Source: Paraspadella gotoi (taxonomy: Eukaryota > Animalia > Chaetognatha). Taken from it: a DNA stretch of 64,000 nucleotides. Of the stretch, positions 13,566 to 26,300 are shown piece after piece. The DNA is taken from positions 19,667,546-19,731,545 of the forward strand of contig CM119267.1 of the NCBI GenBank assembly GCA_051294375.1, in the 5' to 3' direction. Every line of letters begins with the position of its first letter. Positions within the stretch are counted from its first letter, which is position 1. A program made the position numbers and the translations under genes. The notes under the pieces are model-generated. The model ran no database searches. It saw only the letters and a program-made list of their open reading frames with translations, and was not told the DNA's origin.

Positions 13566-15193
13566 TCACGATCCGATCCTCTGCAAGTTTTCTCCCTTGG
13601 CCTTTTTCTCCTTGACGTTCCAGTTGTAGATCCTGGCCATATTGACCTCGGTCGTCGTGATCTGATCTCGTAAATAGTTAATGTCGTCTTCCAGTTTTTC
13701 CAAGCTGGACTTGGCGTCAGTGAGGTTCTTGTCAAGAAGCGCCTCGGCCTCTTCGATGTCGTACTCCAGCATAGTGCAGGCACCGAGCCAAAGGCAGACG
13801 CGCTGGGTCGGTGGCACCTCCGCCTTCGCGAAAACTTGGTCCGATAGGAGAAACTGGAAATTAAGAACGAGATTGTAAAAATTTATAAATTATAAAAACT
13901 AATAAATCCTAACAAGATATGAAAATATCCAGGAACATACTACGTATCAATCGATCAGTTTTCTCCCCTTAAAGCTTAAACAAGTTTGAGCAAACAATGT
14001 CGGATCTGCGGTAATTATTTAATTTATTAATTAATTCAAGTTAATTAATTAGGCAATAAAAAAATTCATCAATTTGATTCGAAATGTTTTTTTTTAAGTC
14101 TTTTCGTAACTGACTACGACAATGACGATGATGACAGCGATGACAACAATAATGCCGATAGATTGATTGATTAAATAATTAATTGATAAATGAATTGGTT
14201 TATTGAATAATAAATTGATTTACTGATTAATTAATTATTGATTAATTAATTGGCTAATTAATTATTTGATTAATTAATATATGTTGCATTTTCATTTAAT
14301 ATAAAAGAAAAAGAAACAATCAATTGATGAAACAGATTTTTTTCATTTAAACTCATTTCCACTTAAACGATTCCATCGAAACTTAATTTCCAGCTTAATC
14401 ACATACTTTCCTACCCACATAAATTCAAGTCAATTGCCCCATCAAATAGTAAAAATAGTAAAATAGTAAAATAGATTTTTTTGTATTTTCCATTTGAACT
14501 CAAATGATTTCATCGAAACTTGATTTCCAGCTCAATCACCCACTTTCCCACCCACACACAAAATTTCATTTCAATCCATCCATCCAATCTCAAGTAATTG
14601 GAGTTTAATGCTAAGGGGGGATGGACGGACGGACATTTTTTTTTTTTGCATAATTTATGTTCTGATATGATGAAAATGATTTACCCATAAAAGGGGGTGA
14701 ACCGACGGACCGACAAAGTGAATTATAGAGTCGGAATCTGCTGATAAGCAGATCCGACTAAAAACTAGGCATCCCGCTTTATCTTATTAGTTAAAAACAG
14801 TCATAAATAACAAATTATCTAATAAAATCGCACAAATAAACAAACAAACAAACAAGCATAGATAAGTTGTTTTTTGTTTTTTAATCAATCTACCTGCGTT
14901 TCAATCGGGCCGTCCTCCCGCTTGGCCTTGAGGTGTTTGACCGCCTCGAGCGTGGTCGTGATTTCGGGAATCTGGGATTTGAGCCGCTTCTTCTTGGCGT
15001 CGAAATTGGCAAGCATAAATTTAAACTTTTGATGCTGCTCGTCGAGGCGTTTGAGGACCTCCTCGGGCGTCTCTCCCTTCACGCTCTTCATGAAGGCATC
15101 AACATCCTCCAAAAAGACGGCCTCCGGAATCCCCGAGTGGACACCTTTCTCGCCAGGAATAAGAAGACGATTTGGATTTTCGGTCGAAGTCAT
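13566..15193 (-). CDS. VBP1: Prefoldin subunit 3 (VHL-binding protein 1)
   Basis: GIPEAVFLEDVDAFMK...LDEQHQKFKFM; VCLWLGACTMLEYDIEEA...DQITTTEVNMARIYNWNVK. Confidence 0.95.
13978..14764 (+). mobile_element. Helentron-associated (HINE/DINE-1-like) non-autonomous element in the VBP1 intron
   Basis: Begins AAACAAG...GTCGGATCTGC; contains (GGAC)n microsatellite; 3' palindrome AGTCGGAATCTGC-TGATAA-GCAGATCCGACT followed by an A-run. Boundaries approximate. Confidence 0.55.
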
Positions 15194-15297
15194 CGTTTGT
15201 GTTAAAAATCGGAGGTACGAATAGAGAGCGAAATGACCAAAATTTGGTTAGGCTGCTTGGATCTTAAAAGATAACAAAATAAATAACAATGTAACGA

Positions 15298-17331
15298 TTA
15301 ACCGCTGTTAGAATTCACATGAACAGACTTTTCTGCCTCCTGCAAATCCCACAAGGTTGCACCAGGAGCCAAAATTCGCGCGGAGCCGAGACACTCTTCT
15401 CCGCGATAAAAGGTGGCAAACTGTCCCGGAGTTAAAGCTCTCGTGGGTTCCTTAAGCCGCACGAAAAATCGACCGTTTCGACGCGAAAGGGCGCAGGGAT
15501 CGACGAGGCCTTGATTGTTATGTTGGAAGCGGAAGCCGAGTTTCGAAAAGTCAACATCGTCACCGTCGTCGTCGACGTAGAGATGCGGATCGCCGGCGAT
15601 CCAATGAGGAGCTTCTACTTCCATTGTGCAAGAAAATAAAGAGGGGTGGTGAGTTCCTAGAAAGGGGGGTGATGAACGGTCATTCAAATTCGTATCACGC
15701 CAGGTCAGTGGTCAGTGAAAAACCTGGAGCAACCAAAATGTCGTTAGTATCGACGTTCCGCTTGGCGACAAAGAAGGCTTTACGCTGACCCCCTAATCCA
15801 ATTCGTTGCCCGATCGTCCATTGATGAATTCCGGAATGGGTTCCAATAACTTTGCCATTCTCGACGTGAATAAAGTTGCCTTTTTTTATGGAAATATTGA
15901 TTAGCTGTCGATCACAAATTAAATTTCCTATTTGAGCTTACCAGGAGTAGGCGCAATGTAACCATCGATGAACTTTTGGAAACGTCGACTGCCGATAAAG
16001 CAGATCCCCATGGACTCCCGCTTGGAGGCAAACTTGCCCAAACCGATATCTATGGCCAGTTGCTTAACTTCTCTCTTGGTCAAGTTTCCAACGGGAAAAA
16101 TTACTCTACGAAGAGCCGACTAATTTAAAGTAAAATGACGGTTCATTTCAATTAAGAAATTGACAGTAAAAATATCAACTTTATGATTTCTTACTTGAGA
16201 TATTCTACTGAGAAAAAAAGACTGATCCTTAATTAGATCGACGCCCCTTAAAAGTCTAACGGGTTCGCCGGCAGCGTCAAGACCCTTCAGCAATTCGAGG
16301 CGCCGCCCAGCGCTGGTCCGCGCATAATGACCGGTCGCCAAAGCGTCCAAGCCCAAAACATTACTGGAATTTGACCAATAATTAATACAGACCACATTAT
16401 ATAATTTGATATTTTTGTTGGACAAACTCTCGTCGGAATTTGTTACTCCTGGTTTCATTTTGTAATAATAATAATAATAGTAATAATAACAATCAATATT
16501 TGTTGTCAAACATTGCTGTTTGTTATTATTTCATTAATATGTTCTAACTATGATTTTCATTCATACAGATTGTAATAATAATAATAGCCATCGTCGGGGT
16601 TTTGTATGTTTTATATGTTCATATGTTCCGTGCGTATAATTTATAATATAACTTATAATTATAAATTACTTCTATTATCATTATTTTAGTTAATTCTTTT
16701 GCCAAACTCTAAGCAACTGAGGAAAGGCTTTCTGTTGACATTCAGAGTTGTCCCATGTGAATGAAATTTTACACACAAACTTTACACACACTTACAACAT
16801 TTTCGTTTATCATATTGTTTGGTTTGTTTTTAATTTAATTTTAATACTAAAGTTTAAAAACGAACCTCGTATAGTTTAGAAAAGTGCGAAATTTGATGAG
16901 TTCATTGCAAACGATATCGGGATTCGGCGTTCTTCCGTTTTCGTAGTCGTCAACGACGTAAGAGAACACATGATTCCAGTATTCCTTGGTGAAATTCACT
17001 TCCTTCAATTCGACGCCCAAAGCGGACGCCGCCGTCTTGGCGTAGTTCAGGTCTTCGTCCGCCCCGCAAACGCCTACAATAACGACATCAATCACTTTTC
17101 TTTAGAACTTAAAAATAATAACATCTGACTTTTACTGATACCCGTCTCGTCTTGCGCGTCCCAGTTCCGCATGAAGACGCCGGTGACGCAGTGCCCTTCT
17201 GATTTGAGAAGGTGGGCGGCGATGGTGGAGTCGACGCCGCCGCTCATTCCCACGGCCACGTGAAGACGACGAAAAAGATGGCGCAGGGGCTCCGGGGCAA
17301 CCAACCTCTCTCCGAACCGCGCCGCCCGCAT
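15298..17331 (-). CDS. TRMU: Mitochondrial tRNA 2-thiouridylase (MnmA homolog)
   Basis: [62 protein letters not shown]...CLGSARI. Confidence 0.95.
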
Positions 17332-18030
17332 TTCACCAGAAGTTTTTTAATCTTTTTAAAAATGAGCTCATAATCCCGAACTTAGGATTAGGAAATTTAG
17401 GTCCAAACTTCCGAACTGGAATCGGGGAAAAAATTAATCAAATTGCAAAAACATTGAGTTACGCGAAAGCAACATCATTTTTAAATCCATTGGCGATATC
17501 ATCGGACCGAAAACGATAACAATTACAGGGCGATACGGGTAAACAGGAATTTAAACCTGGCTTGATCAAGTGTAAATTAAAAAAAAATATGGGATAAACG
17601 TTAAAAACTGTCTTGTTGGAATGATAACGATTTAAAAACAATGGAGAGAGAAAGAGAGCTAAGTCAACGCGAACATTAACTGCTAATCTGATAACGAATA
17701 TATGTAAATAAAGCGATAAAAATAATGAGTAAATTAAAAATTAAATAAGTTAAAACACTACGCTTATTGCTAAAATACTGAAAGAAGGCACGAACGATGA
17801 GAAAAGGTGTTTTTAATAATAGATTTGTAAAACATACTCGCGTCATGGATCCAGGTTATTGCAAATTATTCGTTAAAGCTCGTAATTCGTCCCAGTGGAG
17901 GGTAATTAATTTCATTGGTACGGCGTTCTTTGGTTATGATTGGATAAAAACATGATCGGTATCCGCTAAATTCTCCCCAGATTAAAAAAAAAATAGACAC
18001 GCATGCCACTAACATCGTAGACTTTCGTTT

Positions 18031-20469
18031 TTACCAGAGTTGTTCATACATTTCGTCAATGTACTGTCGATACTTCGTGAGCACCAGGCCTCGTTTGACT
18101 TTAAAGGTTGGCGTGAGTAAATCATTCTCGGGCGTCCACATCTCGGCTTCGAGGTAAATGTCCTTAACCTGTTCGAAAGAGGCGAGCTTAGCCTCTTTAC
18201 CCACCCGGACCATGTCTTCGAGGATTGCCGCTTTGAGGGCGGGGTCGGCGACCAGGTCGGCCAATGAGGACTCCCCATCCGCACCGTTGTTGTTGTTCTT
18301 GGCAGCCCACTTCCGCGTCGCATCCTCGTCCGGAACGACGACGGCCACGAGGACGGATTTGAGCGATTCTCCATGGACAAACACTTGACCGACGAGGGCG
18401 CTGCGGGCGTAAACCGTTTCAATCTTTTCCGGAGCCACGTATTCTCCCTGCGCCAGTTTGAAAATGTTCTTTTTCCTGTCTATAATCTTGAGAGATCCGC
18501 TTGGCGACCAGAGGCCGATGTCGCCGGTGTGCAGCCAGCCGTCTTCGTCGAGGGCTTCCTGCGTCCTCTGAGGATCCTTGTAGTAACCCTTGAAAACGTT
18601 GGTCCCCTTCATGCAGATCTCGCCCTTGTTGTCCCGGGCAAAGTATCCCATTTCAGGAACATCGACCAATTTGATCTTTTGACAGGGAAGCGGAGGGCCT
18701 ACTTCGCCGGTAGTGCGTTCGCCTTTTGAAATAGCGATGTAAATATTCCATATCCGTCAACCATTTCTCACTTTCCCGCTTTGTTCCTCACCTATGAGTT
18801 GAACCGTAGCGACCCCGGCGCATTCGGTCTGACCGTAACCTTCCATCATGTACGCCCCCATGCCCGCACGGGCGAACTCCATGACGTTGGGATCCAGCGG
18901 CGCGGAACCGCTGAAAATGGCCTTTACGCAACCGCCGAGAGTTTGATGGATTTTCTTAAACGCTGAAAGGAAATGATGTTGATTCAAAAAAGAGTCATTT
19001 TTTATTTAAGAAACAGGCTGATGTGGCGAATCCTAAATTCACCTCCCATATAGCTTGGTGAAACTCAGCTTGTCCAACCGTGAGTTCCAGGTTTAATCCC
19101 CTCATGGTCACGCTGGTTAAGTGTGATGGTGTCAGCATAAATACGCCAGTGACATGGGGTAGTCACTGCAGGTACAAAGCCCTGAGCGCCAGCTGTCGGT
19201 AGATGTCATCACAAATATTTCCCCGTCGTCATACTGATTAACTTTCTTTATTAAGTCACGACACATCTACACAACCAACTTACCGATATAATCCCAAAGG
19301 GTGTCCCTCTTGAAAATTCCTTGCTCGATGTCACTCTTCTTTTTCTTTAACGCCCAGTTGAATACGAAAGACTTTATGCGTGAGCCGCTGACGTTTCCGC
19401 GCACCGTATCGTACATCCGATTGAGTAAACGCGGGACGGTGGGAAACACCGTGGGTCCAAGCGCCTGCATGTCCGAGGTAAGAAGTTTAATGTCGCCCTG
19501 ATAAAACCCGATTCTGCCGCCGAGCGTGATGATGGTAAGCAGGACGCTCTGTTCGAAAACGTGGGCCAGGGGCAAATAGCTAATGTGGGCCTCCGCGGGA
19601 GTGAGGTTGAGCGGCTTGCACCACTCCAAGACGCCGGCCACTGTTCCGCAATAGTTGGCGTGGGTCAGCATAGCGCCCTTGGGATTCCCCGTGGTCCCGC
19701 TAGTGTAGCAAATGATGGCAAGGTCGTCAGGTTTCGGTAATGAGAGCTCCACCGGATTTTCCTTTCCCTTGGCCAGGACGTCGTTCCAAGAAATGAGAAC
19801 AATGCCGCCTCGTTCTGCCGTCGCCTTTACTTCCTCTCCTACGGTCTCGATGACGACGAGCTTCTTCAACGAGGGCGTGTCCGAGAGTCTTCCTAACAAA
19901 CTCTTCGCCTTAGCCTCCGTATCGCAGAGAACGCAAGAAGTTTCAGTCTGGTTAAGGATAAAACTACAGGATTCGGGTCCGAGAGTGTCGTACAAAGGCA
20001 CGATGCTAGTGGTATACATCCAACACCCAAACGCCGCCACCATCCATTCGACGCGGTTTTGCGAGTAAATGCCAAGAAAAGACTCTGGGTTGCCAGGCTC
20101 CAACACGCCGAGATCTACGAGGCCAGAGATTAAATCCTTGGCTCGCTGCTCGGTCTCAGAGAAGGAAAAAAAAGTATAAGGGGCCTCCTTCTCGGGTCGC
20201 CAGCCGAGGCAGGGCCCGTCCTCGGACACCCGCTTGCCGTGAAAAAACATTTCGGCGAGAGTGGAGCAACATCCGAAGGGTTGCGACGACATCGGGGCGT
20301 TCTTGTTCAAGAGGACAGACTTGCGTGGAACGTCAGCCCGGTCCCCATCGTGGCCGCCATACGTTTCCGGCGTCGAGACACGTCGAATATCGAGGTAGGA
20401 TAGGTCGACGTTCATCTCACCATAAGGTCCGGCTTTGGCAGGAATAGAAAGAGAGGTTGAAGTGGACAT
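18031..20469 (-). CDS. ACSL1: Long-chain acyl-CoA synthetase (ACSL1/5/6 type), 3 exons
   Basis: ICYTSGTTGNPKGAMLTH, SYLPLAHVFE, EGYGQTEC, GWLHTGDIG, IIDRKKNIFKLAQGEYVAPEKIE, LLTPTFKVKR. The exact paralog cannot be determined. Confidence 0.9.
19022..19233 (+). mobile_element. Solo LTR related to family B twister element, in an ACSL intron
   Basis: TGTGGC...GTCATA termini like the family B LTRs; 4-bp TSD CTGA (19018-19021 / 19234-19237); degenerate B box GGTTTAATCCC. Confidence 0.75.
19112..19193 (+). ncRNA. Twister ribozyme, type P5 (solo LTR), one pseudoknot mismatch
   Basis: P5 GCTGGT/GCCAGC; P2 GTGT/ATAC; GA-TGG vs ACA-AAGC; U^AA at 19138^19139; P3 AGTGAC/GTCACT; P4 CAGG/CCTG. Confidence 0.7.
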
Positions 20470-20885
20470 TGGACACGGAGTGAGTACTTGATGTAAATTT
20501 GAGTTTCGGTATGATTTTCAATGAGTATTGATTAGAATGGCCCACATTCGTAGATATGATTTGATATGTAGTCCAAAGATTTAATTAATTGGACTAAAAA
20601 ATAAAACAAAGTTTTGTAAAGAAATAAATTCAACAATGTCATCGCCAATCCAAAGTCGGGGGCAAGATAGCTTGTTTATTGAATTTATGAATAATTTTTA
20701 AATGGGTTGTACCAATTTCACAAAATTATAAATTTCTATAAAAATAAGATGAACAGATTATCTGTCAGAAGGGGAATATCGTGATAAATAAAAATATTCA
20801 GAGCGGCTTCTGTCTTCATAGTTTTTGAGTTGCTATTCTATAATCATAATACATTTATCGGTTATATAAATTTCATTAAAACGTA

Positions 20886-23220
20886 TCACATATGGGCGAC
20901 ATGATCAGCAAAAAGAACGCCTAGATCTAAAATTAAAAGATCGACATCTATGACGGATTCTGAGAATAGTGCGATTGTCTCCGCCTTGTTACTGGAAGCG
21001 ACCGGATTCCCAGACAAGACTAGCCTATCTAGCGGCCGGCCTCCGGCCAATGCCTCCGCCAACGATGCCATTGAATCTTCAGGGATAAAATTGAAGCTCA
21101 AGTCCAACTCGGAGAGATCGGGAAAAGGATAAATCGTCGTTCCCTCCGAGGGAGCGAGGAGTTTACACATCAGATCGACGGCTCCGGACTTGAGCCGATT
21201 TCCGGAGAAAGAGATGTACTTCAGTCTATCGTTTCGTCGCAATCCGTCGACGAAGGCGTCAAGGCTCCCGTTGAGTATCAAGCCCGATAGAAAGCAGGTG
21301 GCCAATGAGAGTTCGACGAGGGAACATTGATTGGCCTTGAGATATTTGCAGAAAGCGCGACCGGCATCGCCGTCGAGAATGTTGAAGCCGATGTCTAGGT
21401 TTCTTAATCTGGGAGCTCGATGAAGGGTCGACAAAAGTGACTCAAGAAAAGTCGCCGACAGGCTGCAGTCCCTAAAATTTTAAGAGCAAAGATGATTTCA
21501 ATTCGGTGAACCCAAAACAAATCAATGCCCCGTTCGTGATCAACAAATACCTAAGCCTGAGCGTCGTTAGGTGCTGGGATCCTCCGTTGAGCCAAACGAC
21601 GAGTTTGGCGATCCCGTCAGCAGAAAACTTGTTACGACTCAGGTCGAGGGAAGCGACGGGTCGACGCCGAAACGACGAAAACAGATCGGCGTCAAAAGAG
21701 GCGCCGCCAGTGATCGTCTGAGAGGGAAAAGAATGAACGATTTGTGTCTTCAAGCAAATTTACAGCTTCGAGGAATCTAATTCTTTTGCGTAAGTCCAGA
21801 CTGTCACAATTCTAACCTGCAACAGGCCAAACATCTTCAGATGCAGCGGCGGTGGCTCCTCGATCTCTTCTTCTTGTTTAAAGTCCTCATCTAGGCTCTC
21901 GAGTCCCCACATCTCCAACTCTCTCCGCTCCTTCTCCGGAGTCGAAGTTGACTGCACGGCAAAGAGAAAGTCGAGCGCCGAGGGAAAGAAGACGACCTCC
22001 ATCAAGAGGTGAGTAAGACGCTCCAAGTAACCGCATCGTCGAAGGTGTTTCAGCACTCGCTCCACGTCAACGTTGGACTCGGACAAACGCAGCTTTTTCA
22101 GCGCCCTCCATCGCGTCAATTCTGGCGTCGGAGCGGGAAATATAACGTCGAGATCCTCTACAAACTCGTCGAGCTTGACGTCGAGCTCGAGCGTATCTAC
22201 GCCTCCGTCGTTGTCAGCTTCGTCGGTGGAGATGATTTGAAAAAACTTAAGAACGGCTTCTCGATCTAGCTGGAAAACGCCTCGGAGTAAAACATTACGA
22301 AGCTGTCCTCCTTTCTTCACGGCCTCGACGACGGTGAGAACGTCGTCCTTGCAGAGCGAGTCCAATCTGCTGATGGTCATCGATTCGACGCCGCCGCGGG
22401 CGAGTGCTTTGTAAAACCAAGATTTACTTGCCGCAGCGTCAGAATCGCTAGATGTATCAAGAGGAAACTCGGCAGCAGCAGCAGCGGCAAGGTCCGGGTC
22501 CTCGGCGAGCATTCGCAGTTTCGTACTTAACGTACCAATAAGGGCAAATTTTCGCAGTTGGCGGCAAAAGCGACAAAGATCTCGAATTTGTTCCTCAGAA
22601 AGGATTTTATTGTAGTCGTGCAAATTCATTGGATGGCCTATAGAATCACGTAGCTTCGGTAAAGTAAAATTAAATATAACCGCGGTCTGATAAGAATTGA
22701 ACTTTCGGTGGAAGAGCGGGTCATTGTAGTTGTGGAGAAGTTCGCAAAAATGCCTCTCCAAATAGGCGCGTCGAAAAGAAAAGCGATCATCGGGTAACAA
22801 ATTGGAATTGAAAGGCGCCACGTGACTGGCAAAGAATGACAAAATTAAAATACTACAGTTGAAAAAAAAATAGTCGTATTTTAATTACCCCAAACTCTCG
22901 AAGCTCGTCGGTTTCATCAACCGTTTCCTTGTTACTCCCCACCTCGTCTTCAGCAGCTCCTCCCAAACCAACTCTGTTTCCACGCCGCGTTTCTCGAAAT
23001 ACGCGTTAAATTCTTCCAACAAGCGCGCGCTCGAGCAGAAGAGAATAGGCACGAAAGCGTGAATGGGAATGGAGTCCAGAGTCCGAGTAATAACTCTTAT
23101 TCTGGTCTCTAAGTTCCACCTTGATTCAAATTGTGCGTTTTTGCCGAGGATCGATTCGGATAACATATCTCCGACTCTTAAGTTGCATAATTCCTGCAAC
23201 GCCCGCGGATTTGAGCACAT
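20886..23220 (-). CDS. Leucine-rich repeat protein, LRRC41-like
   Basis: N-terminal BC-box-like RALQELC, KRGVETELVWEELLKTRW, and RI-type LRRs (LDLSRNKF, LDIGFNIL, ISFSGNRL, LDLSFNFI, LVLSGNPV). Confidence 0.6.
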
Positions 23221-23366
23221 TTTTAAACTAGAAATTTTTTAGATAGTTCTTTAAAATCACCAATAACACGTACCACGTTAATTAAAACGCTCGCGCAAGG
23301 AAATAAATAGCGAAAAACCAATTTTAGTAATTTGTTTCCGTTTCTGCTTCGTTTTTTTTTTTTTAA

Positions 23367-26300
23367 CTAATCGAATGTTTGTTCAAAGTTAAGTACCCCT
23401 ACAGATCTCGGCGGAAAAGAAAATTCTTCGGAAGTGCTCACGTCTTGGGCGTTCGTTGTTTTGAAAAGGGTCAAGAATTTGTTAACGAGCCGAATCTCTG
23501 CAGCTTCTTCGTCGTCCTTTTGATCTTCTTCCTCTCCTCTCTTCAGCGACGTCTTCAAAACGCTGAGGTTTGTCTCGGCGTTGGCCATCGCCATCATCTT
23601 GTCGTTGATCTCGGCCCGATTGGCGTCGAGAACCGAGGCGCCGGAGATGCGTCGACCGTGCTGCCGGAAGGATGGCAGCAGAGCCGCGTCGTAGTGGGCG
23701 TCGAGGATTGCGCCGAGGGGCGACGACGCGATTGAAAGATCGTCGATGGTCAAAAGGTCGACGAGGTGAACTAACGTCATGCAGATTTGATCGATGAGAA
23801 CCTAGTGGGTAAGGTGGGCGAAAACGAGACTAAATGAGCATTAGGATGAAGAAATTAAATGAAAAGAAAGAAGAGAAAAATAAAATATACATGGTGACAA
23901 TTTTACAAGCGCCGGTAGAAATACGCTGTCATTTGCAAACCAGTGGTTATTTCATTGATTTTAAAAATTAGTTGAGGAGAAAATATTAAAATCATTTAGG
24001 TGTTCAAATTTTATATTGATCAGTTAAGATATGCCTTGACAATGAGTGGAGAAAGTTGGCTTGTAAAATCGGGTTTCATTTTCCAACTCAGTTTTTAAAT
24101 TCAATTTTTTTTCACTTTTAGCACTTTTTTAAACAAAGTATTTATTAAGATATTAAAAATATTAATATCTTTAGAAAGCCCTTAAAAATATGAAGAGAAT
24201 GATATACTTACGAAAGCTCTAACATAATAATTAAGCTGCCCGGTGTTGGTTCAATTAAGAGTGTCAAAAGTGAATTATCTAAAATTTTAAATCTTTTTTT
24301 AAAATATATGACCTGTTTAAATTATTATAACATAAAATATTATTATTTATATAAGTATCATAAAAGAGCCTGAGAAAAAAAAGATTTAAGATAGCCAATC
24401 ACAATTTGATAAAAATCTAAAATTTACCCTCCAACTATTTATTTTTAGAAAGATGACTCGTTTTTGAGTTTCCTAATTAAATTAAAGCTTGGCCGGTTAA
24501 ATTTTATATTATAGTATTTGTAAGTACGTCATTCTCTTTAGATTTGAAAGGGCTTTCAGAAGATATTAATATGAATATTATTTTATTTCNNNNNNNNNNC
24601 ACTTTTTTAAACAAATTATTTATTAAGATATTAAAAATATTAATATCTTCAGAAAGCCCTTAAAAATATGAAGAGAATATACTTACGAAAGCTCTAACAT
24701 AATAATTAAGCTGCCCGGTCTTGGTTCAATTAAGAGTGTCAAAAGTGAATTATCTAAAATTTTAAATTTTTTTAAAAAATATATGACCGGTTTAAATTAT
24801 TATAACATAAAATATTATTATTTATATAAGTATCATGAAAGAGCCTGAGAAAAAAAAGATTTAAGATAGCCAATCACAATTTGATAAAAATCTAAAATTT
24901 ACCCTCCAGCTATTTATTTTTGGAAAGATGACTCGTTTTTGAGTTTCTTAATTAAATTAAAGCTTGGCCGGTTAAATTTTATATTATAGTATTTGTAAGT
25001 ACGTCATTCTCTTTAGATTTGAAAGAGCTTTCAGAAGATATTAATATGAATATTATTTAATTTCAAATTTCTTCAGAAAACTTACTGAAAGTAAGATAAA
25101 AAAATTAAATCTAAAAAAGTGAGTTTAAAAATCAGAGACAATTTTCAAATCCATCTTCCAGCTATCATTGCTGAGGCATATCAATGTCAATTCTGATAAA
25201 ATTTGCATATATAAATAGTTTGGGTTTTTACTTTTAAATTCATATTTAACATGGGTTTGCAAATGACAGCTTTTTTTTACCGGCGCTTGTAAAATTGTCA
25301 CCATGTACAAAGCAAACAAAACCGACCACCAAAAAAATTTTACAGTATTTTTTGTATATTTCAATTTTCCAACAACACACCTCTCGATATTTGACTTCGG
25401 AAAAATCGGAGACGATCTCGGCGTTCTGCAGACCGACGAAAAGGCTTTCCCAAACGGTAGCAAACTCAGTAGCGCTCCCGTAAAACCGGCGCTCCTTGGG
25501 AACTCCGAGCGCCAAAGCGGCGTTTATTCGAACTTTGAAGTTCTTGCATTCCTTGACGGCAGTGCAAAGGGCGATGACCATGTCGCGGATCCACGAGGCT
25601 CCCAGCGCGTCCACCAATAAAGGTGCGTTGCGTAACATGTTGGCCAGCGCGTAGCAGGCGTTCCAGCGTACCTTGAGGGAGCGCCCAACAACAGTGAAAG
25701 AATTTTTAAAAAAAGATTTCTTAAGGACCATCAAAAAATAACTACTGAGGCGGTGTGAGATTACTTTCATCAATCCAGTAGCGATATTTTCTATGAGAGA
25801 GTAAACGGCCTTAGCAGAGGCATCCTTAAATGGAGTGACGGCATAAGTGGCTTCGGGAAGATACCGAAGAAGGTTGCCAACGGCCCGAACGGCATTAGCG
25901 CGAACTTTGTCGGTGTCGCCCGCAGCGGCTATGGCACTTAACAACAGCTTTAGCAAGAGACGGGCGTCCAATTCGTTAACGAAGGAAGCTCCAAGCGTCT
26001 CGCGGTTCACGAACCTGAAAGTCGGAAAATTCGTTTTGAATTACTAATTATTTTTACACGGATAATTTTGACGATTCTCACAGCGATTCGCTCAAATTTC
26101 CAAAGGCCCAGGCCGCCTTGATGCGAACCGCTTGCTGTCCCATCGCGTTGTTAGGATAAGAAGAAGAGGAGGAGTCGAGGCAGGCGACGACCGCATGTCC
26201 TACGTCGGAGATGAAGTTGACGTCCTCTCGAAGAGTAGGGTATTGAATATAAACGCCTAAATTTTTTTAATGCGGAACAAAATTTATTCTTTCTACCAAT

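Noticed and set aside
24122-25065. ~470-bp tandem duplication inside the MITE
   Set aside because: The two copies flank a 10-N gap and the sister element has only one copy, so this is most likely an unmerged contig or haplotype overlap.
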